A DNA stretch of 63,755 bases, filler included. It is 7 parts of 7 records of this genome, joined end to end, with 100 filler letters (N's around TTAATTAATTAA, not from the genome) between each part and the next. Parts side by side here need not be neighbours in the genome. Positions count along the whole stretch, not along the records: positions 1 to 5,423 come from SRR31147125_2891; positions 5,524 to 13,414 come from SRR31147125_2915; 5 more parts are not named here. One strand, written 5' to 3'. Shown here piece by piece: positions 1 through 8,393 of this stretch. The notes beneath the pieces were generated by a model. That model was not told the origin of the DNA and made no database searches. It worked only from the letters and a program-made list of their open reading frames with translations. Within the stretch, counting starts at the first letter, position 1, and each line of letters begins with the position of its first letter. A program made the translations under genes and the position numbers.

Positions 1-390
1 CGGGAAGAGTTTAACGAAGTACGGCCCCATGAAGCTCTGGGAATGCAGCCTCCCCAAACTGTATACACGAAATCTAAAAGACCATACCCAAAGGAAATCA
101 TTGACTGGGAATACCCAGGAGATTTCAAGGTTCGCTACGTCTGCCGAAACGGAGCGATACGCGTTGGAAAAGATAAATGGCTCTTTGTCGGAACATCACT
201 GCTTGAAAAAGAGTTGGATTGGAGGATCTTGGAAATAGGATTTATAGGCTTTTCTTCCGTGATTTCCTTTTAGGATATGTGGATGAAAATGAACTGAAAA
301 TTTATGATATACTTGAGTATGAATACATTCCCAGGGTGTAATTCATGTTCTTAGAAATTTGTAATAGATGTTTCGGTTAGAACGTGAACA
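1..390 (+). mobile_element. IS481-family insertion sequence, 3' end (transposase C-terminus 1-341 with a frameshift near 210, plus right end)
   Basis: Frame 1 reads REEFNEVRPHEALGMQPPQTVY...VCRNGAI, the integrase-core C-terminal FNxxRPHxAL motif. It continues in another frame as VGLEDLGNRIYRLFFRDFLLGYVD to TAA 339-341. Repeated TGTAA..ATGTT motifs follow and end in ACA at about 390. Confidence 0.7.
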
Positions 391-495
391 TAAAACATTA
401 TATTAAAATGAATTAGATCCATCCCAGTGTTAAGTAATGAATAGATAATCATTTAATTCTATTCACTGTAAATAAAAAGATGTATAATTAGAGAT

Positions 496-840
496 ATGAA
501 TAAGCTTGAGACTTATTTACCCAGCATAGTTGAATCTCTCAAAGAAATTGATCCATATAAAATAATTATATTCGGATCAGTAGCTAATGGCATCACTAAC
601 GACTTTAGTGATATAGATTTAGCTGTTATCATCAATAGCGATACCCTTCCCAGGAATTACGATGAAAAGCTTGAAAATAAAGTCCGAGTCCGAAATGCCA
701 TCCTTGATATAAGTTTTGAAATCCTGATTGATTTGCTTGTTTATACCAAGAAAGAATTTATTCAATTAGAAAATATCAATAAACCATTCTATTCAGAAAT
801 CAATGATAAGGGCAGAGTTCTCTATGAAAAAGCTAGCTGA
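496..840 (+). CDS. Minimal nucleotidyltransferase (MNT) antitoxin
   Basis: 114 aa with the Pol-beta motif IFGS..G.....SDIDL; overlaps the downstream HEPN gene. Confidence 0.9.
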   Translation: MNKLETYLPSIVESLKEIDPYKIIIFGSVANGITNDFSDIDLAVIINSDTLPRNYDEKLENKVRVRNAILDISFEILIDLLVYTKKEFIQLENINKPFYSEINDKGRVLYEKAS

Positions 841-1225
841 TGAATGGCTAAAATACGCAGAAAAAGATCTTAAAACAATTGAATATGTTCTCAATGAAAT
901 TGAATTGACAAACATTGTGGCATTTCATTCCCACCAATGCATAGAAAAATCATTCAAAGCTTTGATTGTAATTAAAACAGAAAAGGTTCCAAGAATTCAT
1001 AATTTATTAAAACTGTATGGAACCGTAAGAAATTATTTATCTCTTGATATGAATATGCCCATTCTTGAGCAAATTAATGAAACATACATTGATGCTCGAT
1101 ATCCATCGGAATTGGGTCTACTTCCAGATGGTGAATTGTCTCAGGAGAAAGCAAAAATATTTTTTGATGAATCAAAGAAAATCTATAACCAAATCGAAGA
1201 AGCTATTAAGAAAGAATCTGTATAA
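824..1225 (+). CDS. HEPN-domain toxin (MNT-HEPN pair)
   Basis: Motifs FHSHQCIEKSFKA, RIHNL and DARYP; ATG at 824 overlaps the MNT stop region. Confidence 0.9.
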   Translation: MKKLADEWLKYAEKDLKTIEYVLNEIELTNIVAFHSHQCIEKSFKALIVIKTEKVPRIHNLLKLYGTVRNYLSLDMNMPILEQINETYIDARYPSELGLLPDGELSQEKAKIFFDESKKIYNQIEEAIKKESV

Positions 1226-1323
1226 CGCATATAAGGACTCCGATTGTCAAGGAACAATAAAGCCCCTGGACTGATTCTAATGATATTATCAGTCCTTTGT
1301 TGTTCCGACTAATGCCGTTATAC
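1220..1323 (+). other. Integron attC-like recombination site
   Basis: R'' GTATAAC (1220-1226) contains the HEPN stop codon and is exactly complementary to R' GTTATAC (1317-1323). Internal arms GGAACAA/TTGTTCC and GGACTGAT/ATCAGTCC. Confidence 0.65.
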
Positions 1324-1545
1324 GCAACGAATAATTCTCTGTCTTGTTTCTGAATAGGCTGCAGAAATATTCTGCTCCAAACACATATTGATGCTTTTCC
1401 TCATAGAAATACATCCGTACCCAAGTCTGTCATAATCAAAAAACAGATTCATCGTCCAAATGATCCAGTTACTTGTCGTGATCAGACTGGTGCAGAATAT
1501 TATTCATTTTCATACAACGCCATATTTAGTAAGGGCAGTTGAAGA

Positions 1546-2799
1546 TATCTAATCAAACAATGCAAATTGGGAGATTCCAATGGAAATGGATGTGAAGAGA
1601 TCTACTCTCAGTAAAATAATCCATGAATCCCATTTTATTCTCAATATCCAAATAGTTATGCAGCGGGCTTATCTTCAACGCCCATTCTTTTCGTAGAATA
1701 AAAATATTATAATCGAAAGGTACCCTCCTCTTTAAAATGAAATAAGTCGACCGAGCAAGTTTATGTGCAATGATTGACAAAGCTTTACTGCGGCCATAAC
1801 GGTTAACAAGGTTTTTATGATACAGTTTGGATTGATCATTATCCTTGAAAAAAGAACTGCCGCTTCTGAGAATGCCCATTTCAAATGTGGATTGCCGATC
1901 TTGTTGTTTTTTGAAGCCATTGCTTTTCCAGAAGATTCACGTGGACATTTTACCACTCTGCAGTAGGAGACAAAGTTCTGGACCTTCGGGAAACGGTTTA
2001 TATCCTGAATCTCGTAGAGAATTGTCAATGCCAGTATCTTCCCTACTCCTGGAATGGATTTCAATAGTGTATAGGCCACAGGATCGTGATATCGAGCTCC
2101 TTTGAGAATAATAGATTCTAGGCGACGAGCCTGTTCATCGAGAGATGATATAATCGCTAGATCCGTTTGTATGTTGATCTGTACCAAAGGGTTCTCAAAG
2201 TGATCTTCCAGATTGATTCTGTTTGTCCGGTAGGTAATTTTCTTCTTTATCGCAGGAAGATTATACTGATGATTGGTGTTCTGGATGTGCGAGAGAAAAT
2301 CACTTTTTTTGCGGACAAGATACTGTCTTCTCCTGAGTAGATCCCTGGTAGTTCTCATCTTTGCCGGATAGACATAGGCTTGTGGAATCATACCTCCTCG
2401 CAGAAGAGCTGCGATTTTCTGTGAATCGATTTTATCATTCTTAGTTTTCCCGCCGCTGATTGCCTTCATGTATAAGGCATGACCTAGGACAAAGGGAATA
2501 TTCTCCCTTTCGCAGACATCAGAAATCCAGTACCAGGTGAAAATACATTCAACACAAACGACAATATCTTCACGATAGGGTGAAATGACATTTAGAAATG
2601 AATCAGTGTCAGCTTGTACATTTTTGTGGTAGAGTATTTCTCCATTCTGGTCCATAATACAGATGTACATAACTTGTGTATGGAGATCTATACCACAATA
2701 GTATTTATGCTGTTTGCAATAGAATCTCATAGGGAACCTCCTGGACAAAATAATGATTCTTTAATTTTATCATTAACCGGGGAGTCCTTAATAAGTATC
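1546..2799 (-). mobile_element. IS110-family insertion sequence
   Basis: Contains a DEDD transposase; both putative boundaries carry TATC (1546-1549 and 2796-2799). Boundaries are inferred. Confidence 0.7.
1553..2730 (-). CDS. IS110 transposase/recombinase, split by a frameshift at the A-run 1848-1853
   Basis: RuvC-like DEDD residues in GIDLH, VEC and KNDKIDS; also SIPGVG and ESSGK. The C-terminus KALSIIAHKLARSTYFILK lies in the 1553-1879 frame. A GGAGG RBS precedes ATG 2730. True stop probably near 1690. Confidence 0.9.
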
Positions 2800-2892
2800 A
2801 AAATAATGAGACTGACAGTTCTATTGTCAGGTATCTTGCTGGGAGTCATAACAAATAGAATTGCTACTTCCAAATTAGTAAGTACCGGCTTA

Positions 2893-2970
2893 CAATAACT
2901 GGCAGGATAAGCGCCAATACCTGCCCTCTTCGAGGACAGGCCTTGCGCATGTTATTGGCGCGTTATCTGC
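2893..2970 (+). other. attC-like site upstream of the 437-aa cassette
   Basis: CAATAAC (2893-2899), an imperfect palindrome, then GTTATCTG (2962-2969). L boxes are not cleanly resolved. Confidence 0.5.
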
Positions 2971-2982
2971 GAGGGAAGAAAG

Positions 2983-4296
2983 ATGGCTGACAAAGGACAA
3001 CTCGTTCCGTATGAACTGGTGAAGCCTGGTTGGGAAGGCGAATACACAGGTGAGAAGGCTGACACGGCCAGCGATTTAACGGATGCGGAAGGCAACGTTA
3101 TAAGATGGTGGTCGACATGGCCATTCGCAGACGAAGGAAGAGATTTTTTTCAATGGGATGATGAGGTCAAGCTCATCAACCGTATGCAGAAATCCGTCGG
3201 GCCTCTCAGTGACAAGACAAGACGGATTAGAATCCATATTGGCGGCCTCGTTCTCTGCGACAGTGGAGTTCCCGTGAGCGTTGACGAATTGCTTAGTGCC
3301 ATCGGTTCAGGCAAGTTGCCCGCGAAACCATTCAGGGTCGGGTGCTGGGCCGGTGAAGGCAGAGCCACCCAACCGCATCAAGCTGAAAGTATGCGAATCA
3401 TCGAGTCCGTCCTCCGCGGATACATGGCTGGCAAACCTGAGGAGCACTTGATCCAGGAATATCCCTACGCTGCAGGCTTTGTGAATCGGACATACGAATG
3501 GCTAGGGCCAGCCCGGGATCTGACGCAACTGCAGAAACTAATGCTCGAACGGATGTTGCTGCCTTTCGAATACTTTACACGAAGTACCCATGCCACATTA
3601 GAGCAGGACTATAGCTTGATGATGCGGGTATCCGACAACTGTTTCGAGAAGGACGGGAAGGGAGCAGAACTCGATAGACGTATATGTGAGCTTGCCGACT
3701 TGCCGGAAATCCAACGGCTTCGATACGGCATGTACGAAAGGAACGTAAAGACCATTACGGATCCGGAAAAACGTGACCTGTACACCATTTGTACACGCAT
3801 TGCATGCGGTGTCTATGAGCTTTCAGATTGCCACCACAACACTTTCCGAGTGATTGAAAGCCAGATTTACCGGATTGCAAAGGGGAGAATGGGAGAAGTT
3901 CCGGGTCGCTTGGCTGGTGCGGAGCGCGAAAGATTGGGCCGACTTTTGTTTGGATACGCCCTCGCCCTAGATAAGTGGCTCCTTGGGATACCGATGCAGT
4001 TTCTTCTGCTAGACCTTGGGCACATCGACCTGGGATTTAATCCGAAGAATGACATCGTACGAGTCTATGCCCGTCTCGGGGAGGAGCACACCCCAGTGAA
4101 TCGATGGCTGGCTGCGTGCCTCTGGTATAACTTGTATCACAATCCTATGGGAGGATTGAATCCGCTTGTTGGCCACGATAGCAGTGGACACACGGAGATC
4201 CTTGCGAGAGCAAAAAAAGGCGGAATCAGCGCACGAAATTGGATGAACTCTCAATTGAAGAAGACAGATAACTATGCGGATACAGGCGACGCTTGA
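2983..4296 (+). CDS. Hypothetical protein (437 aa) on an integron-type gene cassette
   Basis: Long ORF, visibly GC-richer than its neighbours, starting about 20 nt after GTTATCT and ending inside an attC. No family recognised. Confidence 0.8.
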   Translation: MADKGQLVPYELVKPGWEGEYTGEKADTASDLTDAEGNVIRWWSTWPFADEGRDFFQWDDEVKLINRMQKSVGPLSDKTRRIRIHIGGLVLCDSGVPVSVDELLSAIGSGKLPAKPFRVGCWAGEGRATQPHQAESMRIIESVLRGYMAGKPEEHLIQEYPYAAGFVNRTYEWLGPARDLTQLQKLMLERMLLPFEYFTRSTHATLEQDYSLMMRVSDNCFEKDGKGAELDRRICELADLPEIQRLRYGMYERNVKTITDPEKRDLYTICTRIACGVYELSDCHHNTFRVIESQIYRIAKGRMGEVPGRLAGAERERLGRLLFGYALALDKWLLGIPMQFLLLDLGHIDLGFNPKNDIVRVYARLGEEHTPVNRWLAACLWYNLYHNPMGGLNPLVGHDSSGHTEILARAKKGGISARNWMNSQLKKTDNYADTGDA

Positions 4297-4323
4297 CAGT
4301 GTGCCTGATCCGCATCGCTATGA
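4265..4323 (+). other. Short (about 59-bp) attC site with altered crossover triplet
   Basis: R'' CAGATAAC, 5-nt spacer, L'' GGATACAG, L' CTGATCC (L'' has one extra base), 5-nt spacer, then R' GCTATGA (GCT instead of GTT). Confidence 0.75.
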
Positions 4324-4421
4324 TTTTTTCAATCCAGCATCTTTGTATGCGAAAGTCCAATATATGCACAGTTCAAACAACCGTAAATGCGAAAAATTAA
4401 TATTATTGTGAAGGAAATTAA

Positions 4422-5207
4422 ATGAGTATAATTAATACAAATATTTTTTCTGGATTTTCCGAATTATATGATAAAGTTCGTCCTCAGCCACCACAAAAAA
4501 TTGTTGATTTATTATTACATTATAATAAAGGAGAAATAATAGATAAAATTGTCGATATTGGATCTGGAACAGGTTTATCAACAGGAATATGGATTAATCA
4601 TTCTAAAGAAATTATTGGAATCGAACCTACAAATGAAATGCGTTGTATAGCGCAGAAAAAATATAAGACAATTGATTTTAAAAATGGAGATTGTTATAAC
4701 ACAGGAATTGATTCAAATTCAGTAGACATTGTTACTTGCTCACAGTCATTCCATTTTATGGAACCAGATACTACGATAGATGAAATATCTCGTATATTAA
4801 AACACGAAGGCTTATTTTGTGTATATGATTGTGTGTTTCCTGTAACGTGGGATTGGAAATGTGAAAAAGCCTATGAAGAATTATTAAAACATACTAATTT
4901 ATTAGTTAAAAAATATTCTGATAAAATGGAAAAAGTCGATATTTATCCTACAGAGAAGCATTATAATAACATAATACAATCAGAAAGATTTTATTATGTT
5001 AGAAAAATATTTATTGACAATGTTGAATATTGCAGTCCCGATAGATTTATTAATATCGCATTAACACAAGGGCAGTTACAAGATTTAATTAATCAAAATA
5101 TTGAAGAAATATATGAACCAATCGAAAAGTTTAAAAGAATATGTAATTCAAGCAACGGAAATAAAATGTATGTATCTTATGAAGTAATAATTGGAATTAA
5201 TAAATAA
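4422..5207 (+). CDS. Class I SAM-dependent methyltransferase
   Basis: VDIGSGTG motif I, YDKVRP, DIVTCSQSFHFM. Confidence 0.9.
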   Translation: MSIINTNIFSGFSELYDKVRPQPPQKIVDLLLHYNKGEIIDKIVDIGSGTGLSTGIWINHSKEIIGIEPTNEMRCIAQKKYKTIDFKNGDCYNTGIDSNSVDIVTCSQSFHFMEPDTTIDEISRILKHEGLFCVYDCVFPVTWDWKCEKAYEELLKHTNLLVKKYSDKMEKVDIYPTEKHYNNIIQSERFYYVRKIFIDNVEYCSPDRFINIALTQGQLQDLINQNIEEIYEPIEKFKRICNSSNGNKMYVSYEVIIGINK

Positions 5208-5348
5208 AATGGCTGCCGTTCGGACCCGATAACTGCCGGGATTTTTCTGAAATTGGGGATTGTTGATTCCGTCAATTGCATACCCCGCCGCGCTGTGCCA
5301 ATCAGACATACTATCAAAAACGTATAGATGAACATTCTGTTGTTTCAT
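5208..5348 (-). pseudogene. N-terminal fragment of a DJ-1/PfpI-like (class I glutamine amidotransferase-like) protein
   Basis: MKQQNVHLYVFDSMSDW...GYAIDGINNPQFQKNPGSYRVRT with a GGAG RBS; similarity stops at the 3' end of the methyltransferase gene. Confidence 0.65.
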
Positions 5349-5401
5349 TCATAAACTCCTTCATTGCCGTTTATTTACTGAAGGAGTATGACACCCGGCT
5401 G

Positions 5402-5417
5402 TGACAACCTTATGTCA
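5402..5417. promoter_or_regulatory. TGACA-N6-TGTCA palindromic operator
   Basis: TGACAACCTTATGTCA lies about 55 nt upstream of the DJ-1-like start. Confidence 0.45.
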
Positions 5418-5423
5418 TATTTG

Positions 5424-5523
5424 NNNNNNNNNNNNNNNNNNNNNNNNNNNNNNNNNNNNNNNNNNNNTTAATTAATTAANNNNNNNNNNNNNNNNNNNNN
5501 NNNNNNNNNNNNNNNNNNNNNNN
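5424..5523. other. Artificial contig spacer (Ns plus TTAATTAATTAA). Also at 13415-13514, 21935-22034, 35012-35111, 50468-50567 and 58380-58479
   Basis: Six identical 100-nt linkers. Confidence 0.99.
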
Positions 5524-5538
5524 AAAAAAGAAGATAAT

Positions 5539-6071
5539 ATGGATGACATAGGAAACATACTCTATATCTTACTGATACTTTTATCTGTAATTTTTAGCGC
5601 TTTTCGAAAAAAGAAAAAGCCAACAGTACCACCACCAAGCCCGGAGCAAAAGCAGCGTCCGCAGTTCGATCCTATGAAAGAGCTGGAAACTTTTTTAGAG
5701 AAGTTTGAAGACGAAAAGAAACCTCAGGAAAGAGAAGTTGCTCAAGAAATGTATGTTGAGGAAGACGAAGAAATTGAAGTTCTGGAAGAGGAGGTTGTTG
5801 AGGAAAAGAATCAATACATGCAGCACCTGGATGATAAACGATTTCAGGAAGCGACCCCACAAACTTTTTCGGATGATTTATTATTATCAGATGATATTAA
5901 GGATGTTCCACCACAACCCGATGCTGGCACGAGTGAAATTGATGCAGCAATAAAAGCCAATGATTCATCTATTTTCAAAAAGAAATTAAAAAAGCGAAAA
6001 ATGGTTCTGAAAATTTTAATGCGAAAGACGCAATAATCTATTCAGCAATTATTAATCGCCCATACCAATAA
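5539..6071 (+). CDS. Hypothetical membrane-anchored acidic protein (frameshift near 5980)
   Basis: N-terminal TM followed by RKKKK. The C-terminus FNAKDAIIYSAIINRPYQ is in another frame and ends at TAA 6069-6071. Confidence 0.65.
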
Positions 6072-6111
6072 ACTTTATTATTAAAAACTTTTAGTTAGGA
6101 TAAAATTTATA

Positions 6112-6164
6112 TAACTTTGTATCGCTTAAAGAGTTCCGATACCTCGGGATTCTTTTTCTTTTTT
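6112..6164 (+). promoter_or_regulatory. Bacteroidota-type -7 promoter box followed by a terminator-like hairpin in the greA leader
   Basis: TAACTTTG (6112-6119); AAAGAGTTCCGA-TACC-TCGGGATTCTTT followed by a T tract. Confidence 0.6.
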
Positions 6165-6192
6165 AGGTACGTTAAAATTTGGAGGAAATACA

Positions 6193-6666
6193 ATGAGTAA
6201 ACTCTCGTATGTAACAGAAGAAGGTTTACAAAAACTTAAGGACGAATTAGAACATTTAACAGGTGTAGAAAGACCATCTATTTCTAAACAAATTGCTGAG
6301 GCAAGAGACAAAGGTGATTTGTCAGAGAATGCAGAGTACGATGCAGCCAAAGAGGCACAAGGTCTTCTGGAAATGAAAATAGCAAAATTACAGGATCAGG
6401 TAGCAAATTCACGCATTATAGACGAATCAAAAATTGACACGAGTTCTGTTCAGATATTAAACAAAGTAAAAATTAAGAACAAGAAAAACAACGCAATAAT
6501 GGAGTACATGCTTGTATCTCCATCTGAGGCTGACTTAAAAGCAGGTAAACTATCTGTTGATACTCCGATTGCTAAGGGACTTCTTGGTAAAAAAGTTGGT
6601 GATTCAGTCGATGTTCAGGTACCATCGGGTATTATTCCTTTCGAGGTTGTTGAAATATCAAGATAA
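6193..6666 (+). CDS. greA: Transcription elongation factor GreA
   Basis: ARDKGDLSENAEYDAAKE signature. Confidence 0.97.
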   Translation: MSKLSYVTEEGLQKLKDELEHLTGVERPSISKQIAEARDKGDLSENAEYDAAKEAQGLLEMKIAKLQDQVANSRIIDESKIDTSSVQILNKVKIKNKKNNAIMEYMLVSPSEADLKAGKLSVDTPIAKGLLGKKVGDSVDVQVPSGIIPFEVVEISR

Positions 6667-6672
6667 TGTAAA

Positions 6673-7071
6673 ATGGCATCAATATTTACCCGGATCGTTA
6701 ATGGAGAAATTCCTTCATACAAAATAGCAGAAGACGATAATTACTACGCGTTTTTAGATATCAATCCGCTTGCAAAAGGGCATACTCTCTGTATTCCTAA
6801 GAAAGAGATTGATTATATTTTTGATCTGGATGATGATTTATTGGCAGGGCTTCATGTTTTTGCAAAAAAAGTAGCCCTGGCCATCGATAAATCTGTAGAA
6901 TGCCAAAGAGTAGGAATTGCTGTGCTTGGGCTTGAGGTTCCTCATGCCCATGTTCATCTTATTCCAATCAATAATTTAGGTGATATCAATTTCAGTAACC
7001 CAAAACTGAAATTGGATAAAGAAGAGTTCGAAGAAATTGCAGAGACCATCCGCAAAAATTTATCTTCCTAG
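6673..7071 (+). CDS. HIT family hydrolase
   Basis: SIFTRIVNGEIP and the HAHVH histidine triad. Confidence 0.95.
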   Translation: MASIFTRIVNGEIPSYKIAEDDNYYAFLDINPLAKGHTLCIPKKEIDYIFDLDDDLLAGLHVFAKKVALAIDKSVECQRVGIAVLGLEVPHAHVHLIPINNLGDINFSNPKLKLDKEEFEEIAETIRKNLSS

Positions 7072-8346
7072 TAGAAAAATATATACGCAATAAAGATTGC
7101 GGCAATAATTCCGGCAAGATCAGCAATTAAGCCGCATGATACGGTGTACCGTGTATTTTTAATTTTTACGGCTCCGTAGTAAACGGCTAGCGTGTAGAAT
7201 GTTGTTTCTGTTGAACCTTGGAAAGTTGATGCAAGCCTGCCCACAAATGAATCAACACCAAAAGTGTCAATAGCGTCTACCATCATTCCTCTTGCACCAC
7301 TTCCACTGAGTGGTTTCATGAATGCTGTTGGGAGTGCATCAACAAATTCTGTGTTAATGCCAAATAATGAGAAAAATTCGCGTAACCCAGATACTAAGAA
7401 CTCCATAGTCCCCGATGCTCGAAAAATTCCAATGGCGACAAGCATAGCGACCAGGTATGGAATTATTCCTATGGATACTTTAAAACCATCTTTTGCTCCT
7501 TCAATAAATGCCTCGTAGATGTTAATTTTTTTCTGAGTGCTAATAGAATAAATCCAACAATTATCAGCATGATTAATAAATGGCCTGAAAATTTTGTTAA
7601 TGCAGCAACTCTTTCTTGTTCCAGCCTAGATGTATAAACTATTATTCCAATTATGATTATTGAAAAAAATCCAATATAGCTTATAATGACTTTGTTAAAA
7701 AGATTAATTTTTTGAATGATTGATACAGCTATTAATCCTGCTAAAGAAGAAAAAAATGTAGTTAACATTAATGGGATAAATATATCTGCTGGATTTGCTG
7801 CGCCCATGCTTGCACGTATTGCCATTATGCTCACAGGAATTATGGTTAGACCAGAGGTGTTTAAAACAATAAACATTATTTGAGCATTGGAAGCACTTCT
7901 TTTTTTGTGTTTAATTTCTGCAATTCATTCATGGCTTTCAGGCCTAGAGGAGTTGCGGCATTATCAAGACCTAACATATTGGCAGTTAAATTCATTAAAA
8001 TAGCGCCAATAGCTGGATGATTTTCCGGAACTTCCGGGAATAGTTTTTTGAAAAAAGGATTAACAATTTTACCAAGAATATTTACAGCTCCTCCCATTTC
8101 ACCTATTTTCATGATTCCAAGCCATAAAGTCATCGCTCCAATAAGCGAAATTGCAATAATTACACTTGTTTTGGCCATTTCAAATGTGCTATCTACCATG
8201 GCACTGAACACCTGAATATCTGAAACATCGAAAATAATACCAAGTTTGTCAGCAAAAAAGTCGCGGAATAAATACCCAAATGCCCGGATTAATGCAACAA
8301 GAAAACCAATGATGATAAAACCTACCCAAATATAATTTAGAGCCAT
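7068..8346 (-). CDS. Fused SpmA/SpmB nucleoside-recognition (gate) membrane protein, split by two frameshifts
   Basis: ANMLGLDNAATPLGLKAM, LNTSGLT, KPLSGSGARG and GSTETTFY occur in three consecutive ORFs. Confidence 0.85.
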
Positions 8347-8393
8347 ATAAGTATATTGTCAATTGTCGAATGAATATTGATAAATTTAATTAA

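Noticed and set aside
1324-1545. Possible small gene interrupted by IS110 (joined to 2800-2898)
   Set aside because: The rejoined sequence contains stops and no recognisable protein.
4330-4395. A further attC before the methyltransferase gene
   Set aside because: No convincing R''/R' pair or palindrome.
1-5423. Integron integrase or attI site
   Set aside because: No tyrosine recombinase motifs in any ORF on this contig.
5424-5523. Recurrent TTAATTAATTAA motif within N runs (six times)
   Set aside because: Artificial contig linker. Adjacency across these spacers has no biological meaning.
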